Shown: in pieces, positions 1-12,492 of the stretch
Position numbering within the stretch: position 1 is the first letter of the stretch
How the letters are laid out: each line of letters begins with the position of its first letter
Assembly: GCA_951406725.2 (NCBI GenBank)
Contig: CATOCA020000001.1
Coordinates: 6,758,001-6,822,000 of the forward strand
Source: Octopus vulgaris
Taxonomy: Eukaryota
DNA length: 64,000 nucleotides
Reading direction: 5' to 3'
Notes under the pieces: generated by a model
Databases searched by the model: none
The model's input: the letters and a program-made list of their open reading frames with translations, nothing else
Told to the model about the DNA's origin: nothing
Made by a program: the position numbers and the translations under genes

Positions 1-148
1 TTTCTTTGAATGTATTTCATTGTATTGTATCATACAGCCTCTATGAAGTTTCAAGAAAGGGAAAGAGACAACGGTTTTCTGAGCAGCAAACCGATGTCTT
101 CCACTTGAATAAAGACAATGTTTACTGGATGCAATGATAGATTTATTA

Positions 149-199
149 TCAGTGAAAAATAAGAGGGTGGTCATATTTGGAACTCGTTTCATTGTAAGT
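149..199 (-). CDS. Putative terminal exon C, copy 1 (TYNETSSKYDHPLIFH*)
   Basis: Acceptor ctggcag|act; phase 0 fits the longer donor of exon B; TGA at 149-151. Confidence 0.35.
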   Translation of the reverse strand, partial: TYNETSSKYDHPLIFH

Positions 200-267
200 C
201 TGCCAGATTATGAGAGACATCAGCTAAAATAACAACAATAACTTGTCAGTAAACATTTTAAAAATAA

Positions 268-705
268 AGGCGTAGGAGTGGTTGTGTGGTAAGTAGCTTG
301 CTTACGAACCAGATGGTTCTAAGTTCAGTCCCACTGTGTGGCACCTTAGGCAAGTGTCTTCTACTATAGCCTCGAGCCAACCAAAGCCTTGTAAGTTGCT
401 TTGGTAGACAGGAACTGAAAGAAGCCCGTCGTATGTATGTATGTATGTATGCATGTATGTATGTATGTATGTATGTATGTATGTATGTATGTATGTATGT
501 ATGTGTGTATGTGTTTGTCCTCCCAACATTGCTTGACAACCGGTGCTGGTGTGTTTCTGTCCGTGTAACTTAACTGTTTGGCTAAAGAGACCGATAGAAT
601 AAGTACTAGGCTTACAAAGAATAAGTCCTAGGGTCGATTTGGTCGACTAAAAAGGTGGGGCTCCAGCATGGAGACAGTCAAATGACTGAACCGAGTTAAA
701 GAGTA
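268..705 (+). mobile_element. Octopus-type SINE with internal (TATG)n
   Basis: Head GGCGTAGGAGTGGTTGTGTGGTAAG...GTTCAGTCCC; tail CCAGCATGG..CAGTCAAATGACTGAA; many copies in window. Confidence 0.85.
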
Positions 706-737
706 TAAAACAAACAAAAACTTTGTCATTACCTCAC

Positions 738-782
738 CTGTTAAACCACAACATATATTATTTGGCTGTTCCAAAAGAGAAC
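738..782 (-). CDS. Exon B copy 1 (GSLLEQPNNICCGLT); alternative donor extends to 733
   Basis: tttcag|GT...ACAG|gtgagg; 45 nt, phase 1-1. Confidence 0.55.
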
Positions 783-1011
783 CTGAAATCTATTTTGCTT
801 CTAATTTATCCATTTCACCAACCGTGCTAACCTGATTGGATACTTTATGAAACGTCAATAGTATCGATATGTTTAATATGATTAGTTTAATGCTAAAACT
901 TCCCATTGACAGGTAAGAATGGAAGCTGATTTTTATCATTCTGATATCAAAATAGTTCAGCAGAGAATAAACCTTACAGAAATCAATCAAGTGCTGTTAT
1001 TTTATACTCAC

Positions 1012-1062
1012 CTACAGGTTCAGCCAATGTCTGTGTTTCCTTGACTTCAAATGTTCGATTCA
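1012..1062 (-). CDS. Exon A copy 1 (VNRTFEVKETQTLAEPV)
   Basis: tttcag|TG...GTAG|gtgagt; 51 nt, phase 1-1. Confidence 0.55.
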
Positions 1063-2289
1063 CTGAAATGAATATTTCCAAGTTTTAAACATTATAGAAA
1101 AATTTCTCTATCTTTATTAATAATCTATATTTTATATCAGAGATTTCTTTCATAGATAATCAACTGTTGAAGACAATGGTTTTGGTTAGAATGTTTATAG
1201 TTTCAACAGGATTACCCTGTAATAGTTCAATATTTACACTGCCTTCCTAAATTTCCTTTATCTTTTGAGACATTCGACGTCATCTAACAACTGTGTCATT
1301 ATTTCATTTAATTATCACTTGATAACACCAATCTTTTATTAGGTTTGTCTTTCCTTTCTTATATCTGCACTAAACATATGACTTGAAATTGTGCCCTCAC
1401 TTCTGCCCTTCTCTAACCAACATTATTCTCAGCTTTGCTTAATTCCAATGGCAACCAGTTTGGTTATCCATGATCTAACCATAAACACATTACACACACC
1501 ACTTTAAGTGGTAGAATGGAAGTGATTCTGAAAACTCTAGGATATCTCTGACAACCCTCTTCTATATATCAACCAAACATTCGTCTCTCCTTTGATGTCC
1601 CCTTAATCAATGCGGTGCCTCTGAAGGGGCTGAAAACTCAGTTCAATCAAATCTGAGGGGACGAAATGAACACCTCTGTAGAAATCTTCCTGATGTTACC
1701 CACATTACAAGGAATATGAAACCCTGCTCACACCCCATTCCACCATCACTGTTTTACCACATTTGTCACTAATGATCATTGACGTCAACTAATTGAAAAT
1801 GTTTCTAAAATGTTTTATAAAATACATCTAATTAGTGTCAAGTATGTATACAGAAATGTTCCACAACATAGTGTTTCCTATGAAATGAATCGAAAACACA
1901 ATAACATCAAAACTTACTGAAACATAGGGACTATAATCACGGTTCGTATGGATGTGGTCTTGTAACAAAGAAACACTACGTCCTCTTATGTCTCCCGTAT
2001 ATTCTTGTTCACTTCATCTTTAGTGCATTATAATCTTCCCCACTTAACATCGGCAAAAATATCCTAGTACCATCAGAAGGGTTCTTAAGGAGCTTTTATC
2101 TAAGGTGTTCACTATCCGTTCTCCTTTCAACCCGTCCGATGTTTCTTTGAATGTATTTGATTGTATTGTATCATACAGCCTCTATGAAGTTTGAAGAAAG
2201 GGAAAGAGACAACGGTTTTCTGAGCAGCAAACCAACGTCTTCCACTTGAATAAAGACAATGTTTACTAGAGGCAATGATAGATTTATTA

Positions 2290-2340
2290 TCAGTGAAAAA
2301 TATGAGGGTGGTCATATTTGGAACCCGTTTCATTGCAAGT
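2290..2340 (-). CDS. Putative terminal exon C, copy 2 (TCNETGSKYDHPHIFH*)
   Basis: Same acceptor and stop as copy 1. Confidence 0.35.
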   Translation of the reverse strand, partial: TCNETGSKYDHPHIFH

Positions 2341-2408
2341 CTGCCAGATTATGAGAGACATCAGGTAAAATAACAAGAATATCTTGTCAGTAAACATTTT
2401 AAAAATAC

Positions 2409-2790
2409 AGGCGTAGGAGTGGCTGTGTGGCAAGTATCTTGCTTACGAAACAGATGGTTCTGGGTTCAGTCCCACTGTGTGGAACCTTGGGCAAGTGTCT
2501 TCTACTATAGCCTCGAGCCAACCAAAGCCCGTCGTATGTATGTTGTATGTATGTATGTATATATGTATGTATGTATATATGTATGTATGTGTGTATGTGT
2601 TTGTCCTCCCAACATTGCTTGACAACCGGTGCTGGTGTGTTTCCGTCCCCGTACCATAGCAGTTTGGCTAAAGAGACAGATGGAATAAGTACTAGGCATA
2701 CAAAGAATAAGTCCTAGGGTCGATTTGGTCGACTAAAAAGGTGGGGCTCCAGCATGGAGACAGTCAAATGACTGAACCGAGTTAAAGAGT
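2409..2790 (+). mobile_element. SINE copy (internal deletion)
   Basis: Same family as 268-705. Confidence 0.85.
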
Positions 2791-2823
2791 ATAAAACAAA
2801 CAAAACCTTTGTCATTACCTCAC

Positions 2824-2868
2824 CTGTTAAACCACAACATATATTATTTGGCTGTTCCAAAAGAGAAC
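2824..2868 (-). CDS. Exon B copy 2
   Basis: Identical to 738-782 with intact splice sites. Confidence 0.55.
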
Positions 2869-3097
2869 CTGAAATCTATTTTGCTTCTAATTTATCCATT
2901 TCACCAACCGTGCTAACCTGATTGGATACTTTATGAAACGTCAATAGTATCGATATGTTTAATATGATTAGTTTAATGCTAAAACTTCCCATTGACAGGT
3001 AAGAATGGAAGCTGATCTTTATCATTCTGATATCAAAATAGTTCAGCAGAGAATAAACCTTACAGAAATCAATCAAGTGCTGTTATTTTATACTCAC

Positions 3098-3148
3098 CTA
3101 CAGGTTCAGCCAATGTCTGTGTTTCCTTGACTTCAAATGTTCGATTCA
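3098..3148 (-). CDS. Exon A copy 2
   Basis: Identical to 1012-1062 with intact splice sites. Confidence 0.55.
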
Positions 3149-4375
3149 CTGAAATGAATATTTCCAAGTTTTAAACATTATAGAAAAATTTCTCTATCTT
3201 TATTAATAATCTATATTTTATATCAGGGATTCCTTTCATTGATGATCAACTGTTGAAGACAATAATTTTGGTTAGAAAGTTTATAGTTTCAACAGGATTA
3301 CCATGTAATAGTTCAATATTTACACTGCCTTCCAAAATTTCCTTTATCTTTTGAGACATTCGACATAATCTAACAACCGTGTCATTATTTCATTTAATTA
3401 TCACTTGATAACACCAATCTTTTATTAGGTTTGTCTTTCCTTTCTTATATCTGCACTAAACATATGACTTGAAATTGTGCCCTCACTTCTGCCCTTCTCT
3501 AACCAACATTATTCTCAGCTTTGCTTAATTCCAATGGCAACCAGTTTGGTTATCCATGATCTAACCATAAACACATTACACACACCACTTTAAGTGGTAG
3601 AATGGAAGTGATTCTGAAAACTCTAGGATATCTCTGACAACCCTCTTCTATATATCAACCAAACATTCGTCTCTCCTTTGATGTCCCCTTAATCAATGCG
3701 GTGCCTCTGAAGGGGCTGAAAACTCAGTTCAATCGAATCTGAGGGGACGAAATGAACACCTCTGTAGAAATCTTCCTGATGTTACCCACATTACAAGGAA
3801 TATGAAACCCTGCTCACACCCCATTCCACCATCACTGTTTTACCACATTTGTCACTAATGATCATTGACGTCAACTAATTGAAAATGTTTCTAAAATGTT
3901 TTATAAAATACATCTAATTAGTGTCAAGTATGTATACAGAAATGTTCCACAACATAGTGTTTCCTATGAAATGAATCGAAAACACAATACCATCAAAACA
4001 TACTGAAACATAGGAACCATAATCACGGTTCGTATGGATGTGGTCTTGTAACCAAGAAACACTACGTCCTCTTATGTCTCCCGTATATTCTTGTTCACTT
4101 CATCTTTAGTGCATTATAATCTCCCCCACTTAACATCGGCAAAAATATCCTAGTACCATCAGAAGGGTTCTTAAGGAGCTTTTATCTAAGGTGTTCACTA
4201 TCCTTTCTTCTTTCAACCCATCCGATGTCTCTTTGAATGTATTTGATTGTATTGTATCATACAGCCTCTATGAAGTTTGAAGAAAGGGAAAGAGTCAACG
4301 GTTTTCTGAGCAGCAAACCAACGTCTTCCACTTGAATAAAGACAATGTTTACTGGATGCAATGATAGATTTATTA

Positions 4376-4426
4376 TCAGTGAAAAATATGAGGGTGGTCA
4401 TATTTGGAACCCATTTCATTGCAAGT
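4376..4426 (-). CDS. Putative terminal exon C, copy 3 (TCNEMGSKYDHPHIFH*)
   Basis: ctggcag|ACT acceptor; TGA 4376-4378. Confidence 0.4.
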   Translation of the reverse strand, partial: TCNEMGSKYDHPHIFH

Positions 4427-4495
4427 CTGCCAGATTATGAGAGACATCAGGTAAAATAACAAGAATATCTTGTCAGTAAACATTTTTAAAATACA

Positions 4496-4925
4496 GGCGT
4501 AGGAGTGGCTGTGTGGTAAGTAGCTTGCTTACGAACTAGATGGTTCTGGGTCCAGTCCCACTGTGTGGCACCTTGGGCAAGTGTCTTCTTCTATATCTTC
4601 GAGCCAACCAAAGCCTTGTAAGTTGCTTTGGTAGACAGGAACTGAAAGAAGCCCGTCGTATGTATGTATGTATGTATGTATGTATGCATGTATGTATGTA
4701 TGTATGTATGTATGTATGTATGTGTGTATGTGTTTGTCCTCCCAACATTGCTTGACAACCGGTGCTGGTGTGTTTCCGTCTAGGTAATGCATCGGTTTGG
4801 CTAAAGAGACCGATAGAATTAGTACTAGGCTTACAAAGAATAAGTCCTAGGGTCGATTTGGTCGACTAAAAAGGTGGTGCTCCAGCATGGTGACAGTCAA
4901 ATGACTGAACCGAGTAAAAGAGTAT
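4496..4925 (+). mobile_element. SINE copy
   Basis: Same family as 268-705. Confidence 0.85.
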
Positions 4926-4956
4926 AAAACAAGCAAAACCTTTGTCATTACCTCAC

Positions 4957-5001
4957 CTGTTAAACCACAACATATATTATTTGGCTGTTCCAAAAGAGAA
5001 C
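4957..5001 (-). CDS. Exon B copy 3 (alternative donor to 4952)
   Basis: GT-AG bounded; phase 1 start matches exon A. Confidence 0.6.
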
Positions 5002-5230
5002 CTGAAATCTATTTCGCTTCTAATTTATCCATTTCACCAACCGTGCTAACCTGATTGGATACTTTATGAAATGTCAATAGTATCGATATGTTTAATATGA
5101 TTGGTTTAATGCTAAAACTTCCCATTGACAGGTAAGAATGGTAGCTGATCTTTATCATTCTGATATCAAAATAGTTCAGCAGGGGATAAACCTTACAGAA
5201 ATCAATCAAGTGCTGTTATTTTATACTCAC

Positions 5231-5281
5231 CAACAGGTTCAGCCAATGTCTGTGTTTCCTTGACTTCAAATGTTCGATTCA
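5231..5281 (-). CDS. Exon A copy 3, first exon after the RING exon
   Basis: Phase-1 acceptor matches the phase-1 donor of RING exon 9363-9505. Confidence 0.65.
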
Positions 5282-5786
5282 CTGAAATAAATATTTCCAA
5301 GTTTCAAACATTATAGAAAAATTTCTCCATCTTTATTAATAATCTATATTTTATATCAGGGATTCTTTTCATACATAATCAACTGTTGAAGACAATAATT
5401 TTGGTTAGAATGTTTATAGTTTGAACATGATTACTATTTAATAGTTTAATATTTACAGTCTTCCAAAATTTCCTTTATCTTTTGAGACATTCGACATAAT
5501 CTAACAACTGTGTCATTATTTCATTTAATTATCACTTGATAACACCAATCTTTTATTAGGTTTGTCTTTCCTTTCTTATATCTGCACTAAACATATGACG
5601 TGAAATTGTGCCCTCACTTCTGCCCTTCTCTAACCAACATTATTCTCATCTTTGCTTAATTCCGATGGCAACCAGTTTGGTCATCAATGATCTTACCATA
5701 AACACATGACAGACACTTCACGTAGAATAAACCTGCTCACTTGATCTCTTTGTTAAACATTTTCATTCGTGTATCCAACATATTTT

Positions 5787-7330
5787 CAGGGTTGTAACTT
5801 TGAAATATGCAGCTCAGATGCTGGCTGCTCCTCACCTAAAAGAGTGAAATTGTCATCGGCTGATATTCCTTTCGTTAGAAGATCAGATCTTGAAGAAAGA
5901 ATGAAGCAGTGATGGGATCGTGTGCCAATTAATTTCACTGTTCTACTGTTTTCGTTTCGGACATAAAAGAACATTATTCCTGGAATGCTTGCACATACTC
6001 AGCTACACACCTTGGGATCCGTGAGAAAATGTCTTTCTGTGGCTACTTGTAGACTTTTTTGCACATGACATGGAGAAAAATGCCACTCTACTGCAAGTCC
6101 TTGATCATTCTGATGATGACAGAGATTTGTTTGGTGTCTCTAGTTCTTGTATTGGTCGGCTGCACCGTCACTGAAGTACAGGAGATGGTTTATGAATGGA
6201 AGTTCTGTCTTTATATGCGATATCACCCTCGTAATATAAGCATGCACTATGGGGTTGTCACGTTTCAAACAATCAGATATGACACAGATTGAAGTGCATT
6301 GAGGGTTTGAACCAGTCTTATAGTAGATCGCGAATGGATGAATATTTGCCTGGGATTTGTTCCGATGAAACCCTTGCAGGGCGTCCTGTACTACAAAGCT
6401 ATAATTTTTTTTTGTGAAGTCCAACAATACTATTGCTTCACTTGATGTCAGGTCATCTTTTTGATGATTAAGGAAACAAGATTGGGCCTCTGCTATGAAA
6501 TGGTGTTGTTGTAGAGATTCAAACCCACTTTCAGCGGTTTGAATGAAGGCATTCACTGGGGAAGTGAGTCCTAAAGGAGGAGCTGACCAGTCCACATGTG
6601 CCAACTGTTTGTGCGTTACTAAACCTCCAAGTGATTAAAATACGTCTAATAAAAAACGTTGTTCAAAAGGACGGGACTCACATAGGAGCAACATACAATC
6701 TCGATTGCTCACGGAAGAGACCATTTTGCCAAGCAAGTCTGTGTAGTCGTGACTACCAGGAATGGCAGCGGCGATACGTTTTGCATGTTGGTGATTCTCA
6801 CAGACACATACTGAATGCGTGCCTGAGGTAGTAACTTGAACACAGCATTTTGGTTGCAAGTCACAAAGAAGCGAATATTCCTCCAACTCATACAATTGTA
6901 TTATCCGTTCATTTCAGTTGCAATTCATAAAACTTTCAAAAATCTACCTTATTATATCCAGCGTTTTCCTTGAATTCCACACAAAACTATTTCTGAAGAT
7001 TCACAAGCAATGGCTATTTTAGTCGGTGGACTTTTAATCCGTTCTCATTTACAGTAACAATTTCCTTTTTAGCTTGACAAATACGTGAATATTCCTTCGA
7101 TTCTGACGTCCCGGGACGTACCTTTCCTTGGGTCAGGATGAGCCAAAATAGCCTCTTCTTTGCTCAGTTGCTGTGATTTCCGCACCATATGAGCACTTAA
7201 ATCAAAGGTTCCAGTAAATTATTTCCGTGACCAACTTCATGGCACAAAGGTTAATAATGTGCATTGGTGCTTCTTCGAAATTTATATTCAATGTCGCCAA
7301 AATACGGAGTAAGAGTGAATGCAAAATGCT
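5787..7330 (-). mobile_element. Degenerate DNA transposase, Sola-like (DF..NY / SDG...QYKN family)
   Basis: ORF 6140-6604 LLDFTKKNYSFVVQD...HPF...ISD...YFSDGAADQYKN followed by LCHH..EWHF; Cys-rich CVCENH segment 6635-6895; frameshifts. Superfamily assignment tentative. Confidence 0.6.
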
Positions 7331-7439
7331 TACTGTATTGATGGGTGTCAATATTTTGGATTTAGAGGACTACTGCGCATACACCCCAACAGTGTGTGGG
7401 TGAATTCACTAGGGGGTTTTCTCAATCTAAGCGTATCTC

Positions 7440-8420
7440 CCAAGATCCCGGTGTCCTGTTATTGCCATTGTGAGGCCAATGTTTGAAGGTCATACTTCAT
7501 CACCTCATCCCATGTCTTCCTGGGTCTACCTCTTCTACAGGTTCCTTCTACAGTGAGGGAGTGGAACTTCATCACACAGCTGTCTTCATTCATACGTAAC
7601 ACATGACCATACCAGCACAGTCGCCTCACTTGCACACCACATTTGATGCTTCTTATGCCCAACTTTGTCGTGATTGCACACTGACGTTACACATCCAGCG
7701 GATCATACAAGCTTCATTTCTTTCAAGACTACGCATGTTCTCAGCATCCATGGCCCATGTTTCCCTGCCCTGTAACATGGCTGTTCGCACACATGCATCA
7801 TGCAGTCTACCTTTCACCCTGAGTGATAGACCTTTAGTTGCCAACAGAGGTAGGAGCTCCCTCAACTTTGCCCAGGCTATTCTTACTCTAGGCGCTACAT
7901 TCGCAGAGCAATCACACTCACTACAGACTTGAACCCCTAGGTAACAGAAGCTATTAACTACTTCTAGTTTCTTCCCCTGGCATGTGATGGAATCTGTTTT
8001 CTGTACACTTTCAGTGTTTATTGCCCCAGAGCATCTGCCTCACACAAAAACTATTTTCCTGGTTAACTTTCTTTGATATTGCTGCACCTTTTATGTGTCC
8101 ATAGCTTCCTCCGGTTACATCGTGTGGAGTTTCTACCATCTCCATCTACCTGAAAGGGGTTGTGATTTAACAGCCTTCCTACTAACAAGGACTTTGGTTT
8201 TGACTAGGTTAGCTCTAAGGCCCTTCGATTCTAGACCTTGCTTTCAGACGCTAAACTTTGTTTCCAGTTCTGGCAGTGACTCGTTTGTCAGAGCAAGGTC
8301 ATCAGCATAAAGAGGCTCCCAGGGACAGAGTGTCTTGAATTCCTCTTTTATTGTCTGGAGGACTATAATAAATAGGAGGGGGCTGAGGACTGATCGTTGG
8401 TGAACCCTGATGTGTATTTG
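7440..8420 (-). mobile_element. RTE-clade LINE fragment (RT C-terminal half), degenerate
   Basis: VHQRSVLSPLLFIIVL, PWEPLYADDL, LSLRVKGRLHDACVRTAML, RLCWYGHVLRM, RGRPRKTW. Confidence 0.85.
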
Positions 8421-9362
8421 TAAAATGGAATGTTTCACAGAGTATAGAGGATGTATGAAAACTGTTAAGAAATGAAGTGAGCATACTTCAGAAGAAGTGT
8501 AATATTAATGTGCTGAAGTCCCGGAGCAGAGATGAGCTGGAAGCAAAACTGGGGTTTAGAAGATTCAGAAATAGCGCACAAGAGACGAGATGGTACAGAT
8601 ATGGGAGGAGTATGGGGGATTTAAATAATGTGGATAAAGAAGTGCCAGAAGATCCAAATTGAAGGAAATAAGAAGTTGAACCTGACAAAGGATGACAACA
8701 GCTGTGGGAGTAGTCAACTTTGAATGCAACAATCAAGTCAGAACTAAAACCTAAGGGTAAAACACTCAGAAAACTGTGCCTCTTTTAGTTTTAATATCAT
8801 CTAAAATCTAACAAGAGTGAGAAAAAGAATGACTATATGGATGGTAAATGTTGTTCAAACAATGTAATAAGTGTATATTATATATAGTTACAAACAAGGA
8901 TTTGTGAGATCAAGTCACACAGGGAACTCATATTTAATTCCTATCTTTATATTTTATGTCAACACCAATATTTTGTTTAAATGCAAACAGATGTTCACCG
9001 TCCAATACTAAATTTAATATTTAATCAACGTTAATGATCATTATACTTATAATCTTAGAGATTTGATTTTTAATCTTGTTAATTTCTTATAATTCAGGGT
9101 ACGTACCTAAAGAGACATTCAGGGTACGTACCTAAACAACATATCCTGACAGACATCTTGAAGTGTGACATCTTAAAATTAGGTAAAGCAATATTTAGTG
9201 GATGTAGTGATAGATATACTGTCACAAAGAAAAGACCCCAGGAACACCTATCATAAATCTGTCCCATTATGACATACCTGGGTTTACACGAAAGCTTGAA
9301 GCACATTATTCCACACAATAAGGTCAACAAGACAACAAACAGAGCCCCAAAGATTATCTTAC

Positions 9363-9505
9363 CAAATTCACTTTTGCTGAGGGTGTATTCTCGACACACG
9401 GGGCATCTCTTAAATGTCATTTCAGAAGAACAATTCTCGCAGAGAACAAGATCTCCACATGGTTGCAGTCTCACGGTGGCCATGTTCTCATGACAGTAGC
9501 GACAT
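9363..9505 (-). CDS. RING-finger exon (Mind-bomb/IAP-like RING) of the ankyrin-RING gene
   Basis: ccatag|A TGT...; CRYCHENMATVRLQPCGDLVLCENCSSEMTFKRCPVCREYTLSKSEF; G|gtaag; 143 nt, phase 2-1. Confidence 0.9.
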
Positions 9506-9847
9506 CTATGGAACAAAATATAAACACATTTCATCAATAACATTCATGTATATCAATTTTTACATGGTATACATGTTTACAGCACAAAATATTATGAAAC
9601 TCTGCAGTGACCTTCATGAGTGTTTCACAATTTCTATTTTAAAGAACCACGTTCGGACAGATTTATGTGTGTATAAGTGCTACGCAGACACACACACGTG
9701 TATATTTATACAGAGATTGTTAAATATACGTCTTGACTGATATATTACAAAAGCAGTGCACCACATATATTCCAAAACCATACTTCACTTCTAGACTCCA
9801 TTTCTGCTGAACAAAACTATATATGTACACAACTTTGTGTCTATATA

Positions 9848-10664
9848 CGAGGTCTGATCAATAAGTATCCGGACTGTTGCTATAGTAACGAAGCAAAAAC
9901 ACGCAGAGTGAAGCCGCTTGGCAAAGATTGATCTCAATCTGTGCTGTACATGCGCACTAATTTTTTATGTTCTAGCTCATGTCCGCTGTTTACAGCAGTG
10001 CTTGGAAGCCTACGTAAAGTTGCAGAAAGTGTATGGAGAGGAGTGTATGAGCCACACACACATGTAAGAGTGGTTCAGACATTTTAAGTATGGCCGAAAA
10101 TGTCGATATTGACGAACATTCTGGAAGATCTGCAACGACCAGAACTGAGAAAAAACATTGCTGATGTGCGTACAGTTGTGTGGGTAAACCATCGAATTAC
10201 CATCCTTGAATTATCAGAGGATGTGCAGGTTTGTTACGGTTCGGGCCATTACCACTGAAGATTTGGGTTTGAGACGCGTGTCTACCAAATTTGTGCAAAA
10301 ACTGCTTTCAGATGACCAAAAGGACACGCGGGTTTCAGATGCACAATATGTCCTTGATTGTGTCAGGGACGATAAAAATTTATTGAAAAATTTCTAGGGC
10401 CCTCTGAGCAGGAATCGTCAAACTTTTGACAAAATTTGATGCAGATTCTCTGCTCAGCTTTCTATATCATAGTCAATGTGACGATCACACACTACACACC
10501 TTCCGTCCAAGCACTGCTGTAAACAGTGGAATTGCTCTAGAAAGTCAAAACTTAGCGTGCATGCACAACAGAGATAAAGGTCAATCTGTGCCAAGCAACT
10601 TTACTCTGTGTGCTTTAGCTTTGTTACTATGGCAACAGTCTGGATACTTATTGATAAGATCATG
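9848..10664 (+). mobile_element. Internally deleted mariner (Tc1/mariner) element
   Basis: TIRs CGAGGTCTGATCAATAAGTATCCGGACTGTTGC / GCAACAGTCTGGATACTTATTGATAAGATCATG, TA on both sides; transposase remnants LQKVYGEECMS..EWFRHFK and EDLGLRRVSTKFVQKLLS. Confidence 0.9.
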
Positions 10665-11992
10665 TACAACCATTAATATATGTATATATAAAACTCTTCA
10701 TTGTATCTAATCTGTTTCACAAGTCCTCTATATTTAGACATCTGGTTTTGAATTTTATGGCTGGAGAGACGGGACACATTTGCTATAGCTTCATATATAC
10801 GAGATCCGTATAACTAAACAAGTCACTGTTCTAAAATAGAAGAATGCTTTGAGAATACAATACAATGTATATGTACAAAACTGGAGAATATTTTAAAAAC
10901 AGATGAGTTGTACTGAGTTTCTATGCACCATTAACTTCAGGCCAATCAAAGATGCATTATGGTTGTATGATCCCCACGGTGGCTGGCCCGTGTGTCTTTC
11001 CCCATCTTTGCAGTCGAACAAAATCTTACCATCCACAGGAAAATTCTGAACATTTGTTGTGACGGATATTAAAAGAAAAGTTCCTTACGTAATCCGACAT
11101 TAAAGGTCCATATAAGAAAACATCAGGTAAAAATCTACCCCTAGTTATAGCTAAATCCAGGGACATTGAGAAATAAACCACTGATTCTGCCACACATGAT
11201 GTAATTGTTATTGGTGTATCTAAAGAAATCATTGATCTACAAACATGTTTTGACAACTTGTCCACTTCAAATGTATTTCTACCCAAAATTTTATCTGCCT
11301 AAATCGATTGTACCAAAACCTAGATTTTGCAGATTTACCTTCTACTGAGGCACAGGCATACTGTTTAGTCTCCGGTAATCTTTCCTTTTTAATGTTTATA
11401 ATAAATAAAGACACACATTTTACCTATTTCGGTATTGATACCATTTTTGACAATCTTAATTATATTTTTCATACAACATAGCAATATTGTTTATAAGCAA
11501 TCACACATAATAAAATTTCGTCTGCATTAACATCCTTGGTTTCTTTGCGCCTTGCCCCTTTAACTGGTAATCAACATCATGATTTAAAGTCTTACACTAC
11601 TAAGCCTCTTTTTATGGACACTTACTTTATATCCAATTGACTACCCCTAATGTCTTCTTTCTGCCTAGAGGAAAGGGAATACATACGACAACATTTATGA
11701 CCATACCTAGCCATGAGCTGTCAACTCATTCTTGTCCTTTATTCAAAACAGGACACTGTCTTCTGGTCTTAGATTTAGTAGTTGATAAAGAGATAAATGA
11801 AATTAGAAATGAATTACAATCCTTTACAACACTATGACTCCAATAGCCTCCATGCGATTCTTGGAAGTGTAGTTTTTTTTCTTAGCTACAATATCGATAA
11901 CATTAATTTCTTCCATCTTCTTACTCTGTTAAAATAGTTTAGAAACATTACAGTAATGTATCCGAATGGTTAAAATTCTATTCATTTATTTC

Positions 11993-12078
11993 TACAGCTA
12001 AAGATGGCACTGCATTTAAATTGATGTATTGATTGCATTGTTCAATTGAATGGAGGCGCTTGAAACGGTCGTATTGTA
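11993..12078 (+). ncRNA. Degenerate type I hammerhead-like motif (core CUAAAGA), solo copy of the 13866-14197 family
   Basis: TACAG-CTAAAGA-long stem II-GAAA-CGGTCG-TA-TTGTA. Confidence 0.45.
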
Positions 12079-12121
12079 TCACGACTTGATATCCTGTTGC
12101 TTAATTTGATTATATATATAT

Positions 12122-12440
12122 GAAGATGCAAGGCTCAGTGGTTAGAACCTCAGGCTCACACTCATGAGGTAGGGAGTTCGATTTTGTGCTTGAGCAAGAC
12201 ACAATATTTCCATGTTTTTCCAGTTCAATAGGCTTTAGAAGTGAGTTCTGATGCCACTGGTGTCAAGCTGTATCGGCCCTTGCCTTTCTCTTAGATGACA
12301 TTGGTGGCGTGGAGAATGGAGTGTCGCATACATAGGCCACTGTTTGTCTTCCATAAAAACATTACCCGGGCTCGTGCCCCGGAGAGTAACATCTAACATC
12401 CTGGGTGCTATCCGATGATCATTCATAACCGAATGATTTC
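12122..12440 (+). mobile_element. Degenerate tRNA-derived SINE
   Basis: A-box GGCTCAGTGGTTAG, B-box GTTCGATT, followed by CTTGAGCAAGACAC. Confidence 0.6.
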
Positions 12441-12445
12441 TTTAC

Positions 12446-12482
<37 letters not shown>

Positions 12483-12492
12483 TCAGGGTGAA

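Larger units (their letters stand above)
1..5710. repeat. Tandem segmental repeat, ~2.1-kb unit, ~2.7 copies (continues off window start), carrying three 3' exons and a SINE per unit
   Basis: Equivalent landmarks at 1012/3098/5231 (periods 2086 and 2133); near-identical ORFs 790-990, 2876-3076, 5009-5209; similarity ends at ~5710. Confidence 0.95.

Noticed and set aside
790-990. 66-aa ORF conserved in three copies
   Set aside because: It lies in the intron between exons A and B; conservation is explained by the recent tandem duplication.
1550-1710. LYINQT / PLKGLK resembling a GIY-YIG end, and a CTGAGGG...GAAA hammerhead-like string
   Set aside because: The core is not CUGANGA, there are no supporting stems, and the peptide similarity is too short to support.
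11030-11920. Possible extra exon (donor G|gtaaga at ~11030) and decayed coding-like sequence
   Set aside because: Exons 17041 and 9505 already join in frame; no recognisable domain or clean acceptor found.
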